From Vicinamibacterales bacterium (GTDB lineage Bacteria; Acidobacteriota; Vicinamibacteria; Vicinamibacterales; 2-12-FULL-66-21), in NCBI GenBank assembly GCA_035711845.1, contig DASTBU010000126.1, positions 1,039-65,038 of the forward strand: 64,000 bases of DNA. Direction: 5' to 3'. Shown piece after piece: positions 8,846 through 18,503 of this stretch; position 1 is the first letter of the stretch; each line of letters opens with the position of its first letter. The notes beneath the pieces are model-generated. The model did no database searches, was not told the origin of the DNA, and saw only the letters and a program-made list of their open reading frames with translations. Both the position numbers and the translations under genes were made by a program.

Positions 8846-10495
8846 ATGTTCCGTGCATTAGTCATCGCGACGCTCATCATCTCCACAGGAGCTTGGCAAG
8901 ACGACGGGCCGCGCATTCTCCAGATCAGGATTGTGCTGCCCGACGCGGACGGAAGACTGACACCGGTACCTCGGCACCGGCTCCTCATCAGCGACAATCC
9001 GGTCACCGCCTCACCGCGGCTCGTGATCACGGACCTGGACGGCACCGCGACGGTCCGGTTGCGTCCCGGAAGCTATACGGTCGAGTCCGACCTCGCAGTC
9101 GCCCTTCACGGCAAGTCGTACTCGTGGACGGAGCAGGTGACGGTCGCTGCCGGCAAGGACGCGTCGCTCGAGTTGACCGCCGAGAACGCGCAGGTCGAGG
9201 CCGCAGCGGGCTCGACGACAGGCTCCGCGCCCGCAACGGGGTCCGACGCGGCCTTCTTCCTCAGGAAATGGCAGGACAGCGTCGTCGCACTCTGGACGCC
9301 GACGACGCGCGGGTCGGGATTCGTGATCGATGCGAACGGGCTGATTGTCACGAACCAGCGGATCGTCGGCGACGCGAAGTCCGTGGAGGTGCAGTTCACG
9401 CCGCAGCTCAAGGTGGCGGGGAGTGTGCTGGCGGCTGATGCCGAGCGCGACGTAGCGGTGATCTGGATCGCCGCGACGACGATCGCCGAACTCCGTCCGG
9501 TGCCTCTCCCATGCAATCCCGGGGCACGCACTGCCATCGAGAACGGCCAGGAGTTGTTTGCGCTCGGGGCCTCGCTCCAGCCGCCGAAGCGCATGTCCTC
9601 AGGCATCGTGAGCCGCGTGGACTCTCACAGCATCATGCTGGACCTCGGTATCGCGCGCGGCAGCGCCGGTGGACCGGTTTTCTCGTCCGGTGGCGATCTC
9701 GTGGGAATCACCACCGTCACCGGCCAGGACGATGGTGACGCACTGGGCGGGACCCGCGTGGTCCACAGCGGGCACGCGTGCGACGTCGTTGCCGCCGCGA
9801 AGCAGAAGATGAGTGCTGCAGCCCCTCCCGCCAGCACACCCCTGCCCGTCGAGCCGGGGCGGCCATTCCCGGTCAGCGCGTTGAAGGCGGCCGCCGAGCG
9901 CCGCGCCGGCAGCCTGAACCCATACCAGATCCAGGCGTCCGGCTTCGACGTGGCCTTCATTACACCCGTGCTGACGTATGGGGCTCAGTATCAATTCGAG
10001 CAGATGCGGCGCCGGCGCACGACCAGCAAGGACACGCGCACAGCGCAGCCGGATCCTCCCACGAGGCGGGCGATCATGGATTTCGCGAACTGGTCCGAAT
10101 ATGTCTGGGAGTTTCCGCCGGTGCTCCTGGTCCGCGTGACGCCCAGGATGGCCGAGGGCTTCTGGACGACGGTCGCCCGCGCCGCCGCCCGCACGCAGGG
10201 TGTCGCCCTTCCGCCGATGAAGCGCTACAAGCCGGGCTTCTCCCGGATGCAGGTATTCTGCGGCAGCGCAGATGTGACGCCGATCCATCCCTTCAAGCTC
10301 GAACGCCGTATCTCGGAGAGCGACGCGATCTTCGAAGGTCTTTACGTTCTCGACCCGGGAGCGCTCGGGCCGCACTGCGGCGCCGTGAAGCTCGTGCTCT
10401 TCTCAGAGGACGAGCCGGAGAAGGGGGACACACAGGTCGTCGATCAGCGAGTGATCCAGCAGATCTGGGACGACTTCGCGCCCTATCGGAGATAG
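8846..10495 (+). CDS. Secreted trypsin-fold (S1C/HtrA-like) protein, two catalytic-triad positions substituted in a by-eye alignment, with N-terminal Ig-like domain and ~230-aa C-terminal domain
   Basis: Signal peptide MFRALVIATLIISTGAW. Protease-fold motifs are GSGFVIDANGLIVTNQRIV (His position occupied by R), DVAVIWI (Asp kept) and GSAGGPVF (Ser position occupied by A). Confidence 0.7.
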   Translation: MFRALVIATLIISTGAWQDDGPRILQIRIVLPDADGRLTPVPRHRLLISDNPVTASPRLVITDLDGTATVRLRPGSYTVESDLAVALHGKSYSWTEQVTVAAGKDASLELTAENAQVEAAAGSTTGSAPATGSDAAFFLRKWQDSVVALWTPTTRGSGFVIDANGLIVTNQRIVGDAKSVEVQFTPQLKVAGSVLAADAERDVAVIWIAATTIAELRPVPLPCNPGARTAIENGQELFALGASLQPPKRMSSGIVSRVDSHSIMLDLGIARGSAGGPVFSSGGDLVGITTVTGQDDGDALGGTRVVHSGHACDVVAAAKQKMSAAAPPASTPLPVEPGRPFPVSALKAAAERRAGSLNPYQIQASGFDVAFITPVLTYGAQYQFEQMRRRRTTSKDTRTAQPDPPTRRAIMDFANWSEYVWEFPPVLLVRVTPRMAEGFWTTVARAAARTQGVALPPMKRYKPGFSRMQVFCGSADVTPIHPFKLERRISESDAIFEGLYVLDPGALGPHCGAVKLVLFSEDEPEKGDTQVVDQRVIQQIWDDFAPYRR

Positions 10496-10591
10496 TCCCT
10501 TCCTCAGCCTGCGATCATGCGCAGGACCGGCTCTCCTGCGGGAACACGTATCGTGGTGTGCTGTGGCCTGAGCGGCATCTCGTCGCGTGCC

Positions 10592-10623
10592 GATGCGCAC
10601 ACTCGCGCCGCAGTGTGCGCATC
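10592..10623 (-). terminator. Perfect 12-bp hairpin just 3' of tRNA-Leu
   Basis: GATGCGCACACT - CGCGCCGC - AGTGTGCGCATC, read directly. It lies 15 nt beyond the tRNA 3' end and also downstream of the convergent protease gene. No clear U-tract. Confidence 0.55.
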
Positions 10624-10637
10624 GACGGCCCTCTGGG

Positions 10638-10724
10638 TGGTGCGGAAGAGAGGATTTGAACCTCCACGACCTTGCGGCCACAAGCTCCTGAGGCTTGCGC
10701 GTCTGCCAGTTCCGCCACTTCCGC
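10638..10724 (-). tRNA. tRNA-Leu (anticodon CAG), class II with long variable arm, CCA encoded
   Basis: The reverse complement folds by hand. Acceptor GCGGAAG/CTTCCGC, anticodon stem CAAGC/GCTTG, loop CTCAGGA, variable arm GGCCGCAAGGTC, T-loop TTCAAAT, 3' ACCA. Confidence 0.9.
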
Positions 10725-10844
10725 ACGAAGGGGTGAATCACAACCGGCTGGAACGTTCAATTATACCGGGCGCCGGGGCCGGAGTCGAGTCGGACCTGAC
10801 GATCGTGAACCCTCTCGTGGAGCAGCCCGCCCACCGACGACGAA

Positions 10845-12017
10845 TTACGACCACTTCGCCGCCCACCCTCCAGCCGGCGGAGACGTAAACCGCGCGAGGC
10901 CAAACGTTGGATCCGGTTCCGATTCGCCGAGCACCTGAGCCGCGACAATCTCACCGATCGCCGGCCCCATCTTGAAGCCGTGCCCGGAGCCGCCTCCGAC
11001 GATCCACACATTCGATGCGGCCGGATGGCGATCGATGATGAAGTTCGCGTCCGGCGTGTTCTCGTACTGGCACACCTCGGACCGGACGAGCGGCGCGTCT
11101 CCAAGCGCGGGAAAGCGCTTCTTCAGGAACGACCGAATCGCCGCGACCCGCTCGACGCCTGGCACCCGATCGTCGGTCGTCGGATCCATTGGCGGTCCGG
11201 GCGTATCATCCGCGACCTTGAATCCGCCATCCGCGACGCTAGGGATGCCATACATGAAGCGTTCGCCGAAGTCGAGCCATACCGGCAGCCGATCGTCATT
11301 GAATCGGGTGTCCCCGGGCGGCGGGCCGAAGTAGTGGACCTCCTGGCGCGTCGCGGTGACCAGCGATCCGATCACGTCCGGAAAGATGGACCCCAGCCAC
11401 GGACCGCACGCGAACACGAAGACATCCGCCTCGACCGATGAGCCGTCGGACAACGCGACACGCTCGACGGGTCCGCCGATTTGCAACGGCGGTACAGCTG
11501 CCGCCTGCACGTAACGCCCTCCTTCGGCCACCAGGCACGACACGACGTGGCGGCACGCGCGGCTGGCGAAGAGGTAGCCGGCGTCAGGCTCGAACAGCAC
11601 AGATGCGACACCGGAGAAATCGATTTGCGGGTACCGGCGCCGGGCCTCGATCAGGTCCAGTTCGTCGAGGTGCAGCCCGACCGCGCGCAGGGCCGCCGCG
11701 GAGGCCGCCGCGAACGGCTCGACCCGGTGAAACAGCCAGAGTGCCCCGGACGTGCGCAGCAGGCCCTGACCGTATCGCCGCTCGTGGTTGCGCCAGAGCG
11801 CGAGCGCCCGTGCCGCCATTCGCGTGTAAACGGCGTGGCTCCCGTACGTCGCCCGAATCACCCGCGTTTCGCCGCCCGAGCTCGCCCGCGGGTTGCCGGC
11901 GCCCCACCCATCGAAGAGCTCGACGAGGGCTCCCCGTCGAGCCAGCTCGAGCGCGGTCCAGCTTCCAAAAGCGCCGGCGCCGAAGATGGCGGCTCTTCGA
12001 GGGTTCAAGGGGTTCAT
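10845..12017 (-). CDS. FAD-dependent oxidoreductase (DAO family; sarcosine/glycine oxidase-like)
   Basis: 390 aa. N-terminal dinucleotide fold AAIFGAGAFGSWTALELARRG, DAO-like length and C-terminal GGSGHGFK. Confidence 0.8.
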   Translation of the reverse strand: MNPLNPRRAAIFGAGAFGSWTALELARRGALVELFDGWGAGNPRASSGGETRVIRATYGSHAVYTRMAARALALWRNHERRYGQGLLRTSGALWLFHRVEPFAAASAAALRAVGLHLDELDLIEARRRYPQIDFSGVASVLFEPDAGYLFASRACRHVVSCLVAEGGRYVQAAAVPPLQIGGPVERVALSDGSSVEADVFVFACGPWLGSIFPDVIGSLVTATRQEVHYFGPPPGDTRFNDDRLPVWLDFGERFMYGIPSVADGGFKVADDTPGPPMDPTTDDRVPGVERVAAIRSFLKKRFPALGDAPLVRSEVCQYENTPDANFIIDRHPAASNVWIVGGGSGHGFKMGPAIGEIVAAQVLGESEPDPTFGLARFTSPPAGGWAAKWS

Positions 12018-12065
12018 GGTTCAGGATTGTTATACTCGTGATCCGCAACAGAACGGGAGGCTTAT

Positions 12066-13808
12066 GTGGCTGTCAGGCGCGGTGTCGTGCTCGTTATCGT
12101 TCTCATCCTGGCTGCCGTTGCCATCTCGGCGACCGGCCTTGTCCTCATGGCGCTGATGGTCGGGCGGGGACCGCAGGTCGCGGGCAACTCGACGCTCGTT
12201 CTCGAGATCAGCGGCGACCTTCACGAGATCGAGCCGGCAGGCGTCTTCGATCAGTTCTTCGAGCCGCCGCCCACGGTCCGGTCCGTTACCGAGTCGCTCC
12301 GCAAGGCCAGAGTGGACCGGCGTGTCTCGAGCGTGGTGATCAGGCCCACGGGCACGGCAGCGCTCTGGGGCAAGGTCCAGGAAATCCGCGATGCGATCGT
12401 CGAGTTCAAGCAGTCCGACAAGCCGATCATCGCGTACCTGGAGTTCGGCAACGACCAGGCCTACTACCTGGCGAGCGCCTGCGACAAGGTGTTCCTGCTG
12501 CCCAGCGCGTCGCTCGACCTGACCGGCATCGCGAATTACGAGCTCTTCCTTCGCGGCACCCTCGACAAGATCGGGGCCTACCCTGACGCGCTGCACATCG
12601 GCGACTACAAGACGGCCTCGAACACGTTCACCGAGAAGACGTTCACTCCCGAACATCGCGAGATGGCCGAGTCGCTGAACACCGATCTCTACGAGCAGCT
12701 CATTCGAGGGCTCGCCGACGGCCGCCAGAAACCTGAGACCGAAGTGCGGCAATTGATCGATCACGGCCCGTATCTGCCCGAGGACGCGGTGCGCGTCGGC
12801 CTCGTCGACGACCTGGCCTATGAAGACGAGATCGATGACAAGGTGGCGCTCGGGCGGGGACAGCTCAGGGCCCTGCGCCAGAGCGACTACCGGCGGATCA
12901 GCCCGGCCTCGCTGGGCCTCGGAACCGGCGAGAGAATCGCGGTCATCTACGCGGTCGGCATCATCTCGAGCGGCGAGAGCCGCAACGACTCGGCCGGCCA
13001 GACGGTCGGGTCCGACACGCTCGTGGGATACCTGCGCAAGGCACGAGCCGACAATTCGATCAGGGCAATCGTCCTGCGCGTGGACAGCCCGGGCGGATCG
13101 GCAATCGCGTCGGACGTCATCTGGCGCGAGGTCATGTTGACGCGGGACACGAAGCCGGTGATCGCCTCGATGTCCGACGTGGCGGCCTCGGGCGGGTACT
13201 ACATCGCCATGCCGGCGCACGCGATCGTCGCCCAGCCCTCGACGCTCACGGGATCGATCGGCGTGGTGATGATCAAGTACGTGCTGGATGGCACGCTCGA
13301 CAAGCTCGGGGTGAACATCGAAAGCGTCAGCCAGGGACGCTACGCGCAGATGTACTCGCCGGTGCGCCCGTTTTCGCCGGAGGAACGCGCGCGGGTCGAA
13401 CAGTTGATGCAGGCGACCTACGACACGTTCGTCGAGAAAGCGGCCGCGGGCCGCAACACGACCCCCGAGCGCATCGATGCCGTGGGACAGGGCCGCGTCT
13501 GGACCGGACGGCAGGCCAAACAGCTGGGGCTGGTGGACGAGCTCGGTGGGCTCGATCGCGCGCTCGCGCTCGCCAAGCAGCGCGCGAACATCCCGCAGGA
13601 CGAAGAGGTGGAGCTCGTCGTGTTTCCGCCGAAGCGGTCGATCTACGAGGTCATCGCCGATCCGTTCGGGCCGTCGGATGGCGCATCGGCGCTCGGGGCG
13701 CTGCTGGGCGTCAGGGAGGCGCGCGTCGTGAACACCCTGACCGCACCGCTGCGCGTCTTCCGCCGCGGCGAGCCGCTCGCGATCATGCCGAACGTGTTCG
13801 TCAGATAG
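12066..13808 (+). CDS. sppA: Signal peptide peptidase SppA, 67K type (two S49 domains)
   Basis: 580 aa. GTG start with GGGAGG 7-8 nt upstream. N-terminal TM, duplicated ClpP/S49 fold, SMSDVAASGGYYIA and GSIGV motifs. Confidence 0.9.
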   Translation: MAVRRGVVLVIVLILAAVAISATGLVLMALMVGRGPQVAGNSTLVLEISGDLHEIEPAGVFDQFFEPPPTVRSVTESLRKARVDRRVSSVVIRPTGTAALWGKVQEIRDAIVEFKQSDKPIIAYLEFGNDQAYYLASACDKVFLLPSASLDLTGIANYELFLRGTLDKIGAYPDALHIGDYKTASNTFTEKTFTPEHREMAESLNTDLYEQLIRGLADGRQKPETEVRQLIDHGPYLPEDAVRVGLVDDLAYEDEIDDKVALGRGQLRALRQSDYRRISPASLGLGTGERIAVIYAVGIISSGESRNDSAGQTVGSDTLVGYLRKARADNSIRAIVLRVDSPGGSAIASDVIWREVMLTRDTKPVIASMSDVAASGGYYIAMPAHAIVAQPSTLTGSIGVVMIKYVLDGTLDKLGVNIESVSQGRYAQMYSPVRPFSPEERARVEQLMQATYDTFVEKAAAGRNTTPERIDAVGQGRVWTGRQAKQLGLVDELGGLDRALALAKQRANIPQDEEVELVVFPPKRSIYEVIADPFGPSDGASALGALLGVREARVVNTLTAPLRVFRRGEPLAIMPNVFVR

Positions 13809-13813
13809 CTCAA

Positions 13814-13908
13814 AGCTTCCAGTTTTCAGCTTCCAGCTTCCAGCTTGCAGCTTCCAGCTTCCAGTTCGGTGTTCAATGGAGCTAGCTGGAAGCTGGAAGC
13901 TGGAAGCT
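13814..13908. repeat. Heptamer array hairpin: (AGCTTCC)~7, loop, (GGAAGCT)3-4
   Basis: Read directly. Units start at 13814, 13821 ... 13856 and the inverted units lie at 13881-13908. It sits between convergent sppA and the ppiD-like gene, and the right arm overlaps the ppiD-like stop codon (13907-13909). Confidence 0.85.
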
Positions 13909-15826
13909 ACCCGAGCAACTGCTTGAGCGTCTCTCCGTTGATCTGGATGCGGTCGCGCAGGCGGTCGCGCACCTTCGTCATATACGCGCCGTAGAAGCGA
14001 TTCCGCTGGGACTGCAGCAGCTCGTCTTTGAGCGCCGTCCGGCCCGACGCCAGCTCCTCGGGCGTGACATCCTTCTTCTCGATCACCTTCACCACGAGGG
14101 CGCCGGTGTCGGTCGTGATGGGTGAGCTGACCTCGCCGGCTGCCAGCGCGAATGCGGCGGCGTCGATGGCGGGGCTGGCGCCGATGTCCGGGATCGGGCT
14201 CCCGCGCGGGATGAGCTCGGTCGTTTTCACCTCGAGGCCGGCGGCCTTCGCGGCTGCGTCCAGCTCTCCCGCTTTCAGTTGACCCTTGAGCGCGGCGGCC
14301 TTCTCGCGGGCCGCGTCGAGCGCCTTCTTCTTCAGCACGTCCTCGCGAACCCGCGCCTTGACCTCCTCGAGCGACGGGTCGCGCGCCTCCTGTGTGCCGG
14401 TGACCGTAATGAACGCCATTCCCTGCGGAGTGCCGATCGACTCGCTGACCTCGCCCTGCTTCAGCTCGAACGCGCGGGCGCTCACGGCCGGCGCAATGCC
14501 GAGCCCCGCAATGGGCTCCTCGCGCGAGAAGAACCCGGACTCGCTGACCACGAGGCCGGGCTGGGGTTCGAGCTTGTCGAAATCGCCGGCGCTCTTCAGC
14601 TTTCCGGCGAGCTCGGTGGCGCGACGCTCGGCTTCCTTCTGCACTCGCTCCCACTTCAGCTGATCCTCGATCTGCGGGCGCACTTCCTCGAAAGGCCGCG
14701 TGGCGGCCGCGCGCTTCTCTCCACCCTTGATGATGTGGTACCCGAACGTCGTCTTCACGAGATCGCTCACCTGTCCGGGCTCGAGCGCGAACGCTGCGTC
14801 CTCGAACTCCTTGACCATCTGGTTGCGGCCGAAGAAGTCGAGATCGCCCCCCTTCTCCTTGCTGGCTTCGTCCTCGGAGAGCTTCGTGGCAAGCGCGGCG
14901 AAGTCGGCGCCTCCCTTGATCTGCGCCAGGAGGTCCTCGGCCTGTTTCTTCACCGCGGCGTCGTCCTTGCCTTCGGTCTTGAGCAGGATGTGGCTGGCAC
15001 GCATCTGTTCGGGCGTCGAGTACTGATCCACGTTGTCGTCGTAATAGCGGCGCACTTCCGGTTCCGCCACGGTCGTACGCTCGCGGAGCGCGTTGGTGTC
15101 CACCAGCGCGTAGCGGACCTTGCGCTTCTCCGGAATCCGATACGTCGCCGTGTTCGCCTCGAAGTGCGCGGCGATCTCCCCATCGGTTGCGGTCAACCCT
15201 TCGCGAAACTTGTCGGCAGGGAAGGACACCACCGCAAGCTTGACCTTTTCGTTCCGGCGCCGGAATTCCTTGTCGACTTCCTCATCGCTGACCGTGATCC
15301 AGGCCGTCAACGCGGCCTGCAGCTTCTCCATCACGATGCCGCGGCGGACCTGATCTTCGAACTCACTGGGCCTGAAGGGCGGATTGGCCGACTGCAGGAT
15401 CAGGCGATACTGCTGGTCGCCGACGAACTGTCCGTTCTGCTGAAACGCGGGCAGCGACATGATCCGGGTGCGGACTTCCTCGTTGCTCGCCCTGATGCTC
15501 AGGCGCTCGGCTTCCGCCAGCGCGAGCTCCTCTTCGATCATGCCCTGCACGATCCGCTGCTCGACCCCCAGCTGTCGCAGCATCCGGTCGTCCATGTTGG
15601 CGCCGTAGGCGTTGCGGTATGCCTGCATCTGCTGCGAGTAGGCGCGGCGGAAGCGGGCAACCGTGATGTCGCGGCCGTCGACCGTGGCCACGACGTCGGT
15701 ATTGCCTGCGCCGGCAGGGTTGTCCATGAAGCTGGGGATGTAGAGCCACACAAACGCCACGACCACAATCGCCAGGCTCCATTTGAGCCAGTTCTTGTGG
15801 CGGCGCATCCGGTCGAGCATCGTCAT
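13907..15826 (-). CDS. Periplasmic chaperone / parvulin-type peptidyl-prolyl isomerase (PpiD/SurA-like)
   Basis: N-terminal anchor MLDRMRRHKNWLKWSLAIVVVAFVW. Parvulin domain ASHILLK...GGDLDFF...FGYHIIK. The start is taken at MTMLD (15826); the ORF is open back to 15874. Confidence 0.8.
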   Translation of the reverse strand: MTMLDRMRRHKNWLKWSLAIVVVAFVWLYIPSFMDNPAGAGNTDVVATVDGRDITVARFRRAYSQQMQAYRNAYGANMDDRMLRQLGVEQRIVQGMIEEELALAEAERLSIRASNEEVRTRIMSLPAFQQNGQFVGDQQYRLILQSANPPFRPSEFEDQVRRGIVMEKLQAALTAWITVSDEEVDKEFRRRNEKVKLAVVSFPADKFREGLTATDGEIAAHFEANTATYRIPEKRKVRYALVDTNALRERTTVAEPEVRRYYDDNVDQYSTPEQMRASHILLKTEGKDDAAVKKQAEDLLAQIKGGADFAALATKLSEDEASKEKGGDLDFFGRNQMVKEFEDAAFALEPGQVSDLVKTTFGYHIIKGGEKRAAATRPFEEVRPQIEDQLKWERVQKEAERRATELAGKLKSAGDFDKLEPQPGLVVSESGFFSREEPIAGLGIAPAVSARAFELKQGEVSESIGTPQGMAFITVTGTQEARDPSLEEVKARVREDVLKKKALDAAREKAAALKGQLKAGELDAAAKAAGLEVKTTELIPRGSPIPDIGASPAIDAAAFALAAGEVSSPITTDTGALVVKVIEKKDVTPEELASGRTALKDELLQSQRNRFYGAYMTKVRDRLRDRIQINGETLKQLLG

Positions 15827-15931
15827 TGGTCGCGGCCTCGTCTTGCAGCGCGCCCGGCGTCCGGAGCCGGGCACGTCTCGGAGTCACTCGGGAACGGGAA
15901 ACGCTAATTATGCCATGGGTTAGGAGGCGCC

Positions 15932-15959
15932 GGGTGCCTGGCGCCAGGTGCTCGGTGCC
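15932..15959. repeat. Short heptamer array (GGTGCCN)x4 containing the palindrome CCTGGCGCCAGG
   Basis: GGGTGCC TGGCGCC AGGTGCT CGGTGCC, read directly in the divergent region between the ppiD-like and GGDEF genes. The palindrome is at 15937-15948. Confidence 0.6.
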
Positions 15960-16216
15960 GCATGCGGGCGCACGGACGAGCGGCCTCGCGCCGATAAGGT
16001 ACGGGCCGGGTGCGGAACCCGCTTGGCGGTCAACCTTTACGCAGGCTGTGGGCTCGGATCGTCCCGCAACGGGCCGGTTTCCGCGGTTCGGATGTGGTAA
16101 TATTTACGTTGAATAGAAGCACTTACGAGGATTCGCACATTCCAAACGGAACCCAGAGCCGATTGACCCGGACCGACCGGAACGGGCGCGGCCGCGGTCG
16201 ATCGAGCAGGAGAAGT

Positions 16217-17266
16217 GTGCCGGCGGTCCGGACGGATCTGGCCGAACGCCTCCGCCCGTTGCAGACAACGCTCCGGCGTACGCTGGCGCGGGCCGACGTT
16301 CTCGCTGACATGACGCGCGTGGTCAACGCCAGCCTCGAGCCCGAACGGGTGGCCGAGGCGCTGGCGGCAGCCGTCTCCGCGTGGGTGCCCGCCTCGGGGT
16401 GGCTCGTGCTCGCCATCGACGATGGCGGCCGGGTTCGGACGATGGCGGCGAAGGGCCTGACGACGGTGCTGGAACGCTCGGCGCAGGCGGTGGGGGACTG
16501 GGTGCTCCAGAGCGCGGAAGTGTTCGCGAGCGCGGATCTCGCCTCCGACACGCGCGTCGTACGGCTCGACGTGGAGCCCGCGGCCGCGATCGGGTTCCCG
16601 CTGGCGTGTCGCGGGCGCACGGTGGGCGCGCTGATTGCCATCGACCGTGCACCGGCGACGCGACAGCCGCGATTCGCGCCGGCGACGCTGGCCGCGCTGC
16701 GGTCGGCGCTCGAGCCCGGGGCGATCGCCCTCGACAACGCGCTGCGCGTGCAGCGCGCCGAGGCGCTGTCGGTGACCGACGATCTGACGCAGTTGTACAA
16801 CTCGCGGTATCTGTCGCAGGTGCTGCGGCGGGAGACGAAGCGGGCGATTCGCAGCAGCCGCCCGCTCTCGCTGCTGTTCATCGACCTCGACGGCTTCAAG
16901 TCGATCAACGACTCGCACGGGCACCTGTTCGGCAGCCGGGCACTGGTCGAAGCGGCGGGCGTGATTCGCGCCAGCGCGCGCGAGACCGACGTCGTGGCCC
17001 GGTTCGGCGGCGACGAGTTCGCGCTGGTGCTGCCCGACACCGGCACGGATGGAGCCGTCTACGTCGGGGAGCGCATCCGTGAGCGCCTTGCCGCACACAG
17101 GTTTCTGGAACGGGATGGGCTGGGCATAGCGCTCACCGCATCTGTCGGGGTTGCGACGCTGCCCGCGTCCGCCACGACGGCAGAGGGGCTGATCCAGGCC
17201 GCCGATCAGGCCATGTACGTCGTCAAGGATCGCGGCAAGAACGGCATCAGGGTCGCCGGGGCATAG
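16217..17266 (+). CDS. GAF-GGDEF diguanylate cyclase
   Basis: GGDEF domain with TDDLTQLYNSRY, FIDLDGFKSINDSHGH and RFGGDEFALVL. The N-terminal half looks like a GAF domain. Proposed GTG start at 16217 follows AGGAGA; the ORF is open from 16010. Confidence 0.8.
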   Translation: MPAVRTDLAERLRPLQTTLRRTLARADVLADMTRVVNASLEPERVAEALAAAVSAWVPASGWLVLAIDDGGRVRTMAAKGLTTVLERSAQAVGDWVLQSAEVFASADLASDTRVVRLDVEPAAAIGFPLACRGRTVGALIAIDRAPATRQPRFAPATLAALRSALEPGAIALDNALRVQRAEALSVTDDLTQLYNSRYLSQVLRRETKRAIRSSRPLSLLFIDLDGFKSINDSHGHLFGSRALVEAAGVIRASARETDVVARFGGDEFALVLPDTGTDGAVYVGERIRERLAAHRFLERDGLGIALTASVGVATLPASATTAEGLIQAADQAMYVVKDRGKNGIRVAGA

Positions 17267-17275
17267 GAGTCGTTT

Positions 17276-18301
<1,026 letters not shown>

Positions 18302-18302
18302 T

Positions 18303-18344
18303 GCCGGGGCTCGGGTCTTGGTGTTCGGGACTCGGGAACTCCGC
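18303..18344. repeat. Heptamer array (CTCGGGA-like, ~6 units)
   Basis: GCCGGGG CTCGGGT CTTGGTG TTCGGGA CTCGGGA ACTCCGC. These units are the reverse complement of those at 18411-18501. Confidence 0.7.
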
Positions 18345-18410
18345 TTGGATCGTAAGGATGAGTAACGTCGTTCCGCGGGTAGGGCCTGCGTGCGAATGCG
18401 CCGAGACGCG

Positions 18411-18501
18411 AGTCCCGAGCCCCGAATCCCGAGCTCCGAGCCCCGAGTCCGGAGTTCCGAGCCCCGAATCCCGAGTCCCGAGCTTCGAATCCCGAGCACC
18501 G
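18411..18501. repeat. Heptamer array, 13 units of AGYCCCG-type (TCCCGAG family)
   Basis: AGTCCCG AGCCCCG AATCCCG AGCTCCG AGCCCCG AGTCCGG AGTTCCG AGCCCCG AATCCCG AGTCCCG AGCTTCG AATCCCG AGCACCG. The array ends 2 nt before the proposed mreC GTG start. Confidence 0.9.
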
Positions 18502-18503
18502 AA

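Noticed and set aside
7400-8900. Direct repeat of the tRNA-Leu 3' end (att site) marking the far end of the putative island
   Set aside because: I could not find a convincing copy of the tRNA 3' segment (GGTTCAAATCCTCTCTTCCGCACCA) by eye. The island boundary therefore remains undefined.
18390-18503. N-terminal extension of the mreC ORF encoding a repetitive peptide (PEPRIPSSEPRVRSSEPRIPSPELRIPS)
   Set aside because: It is simply the translation of the 13-unit heptamer array (a 21-nt, 7-aa period). A GTG at 18504 gives a normal MreC N-terminus with its TM helix.
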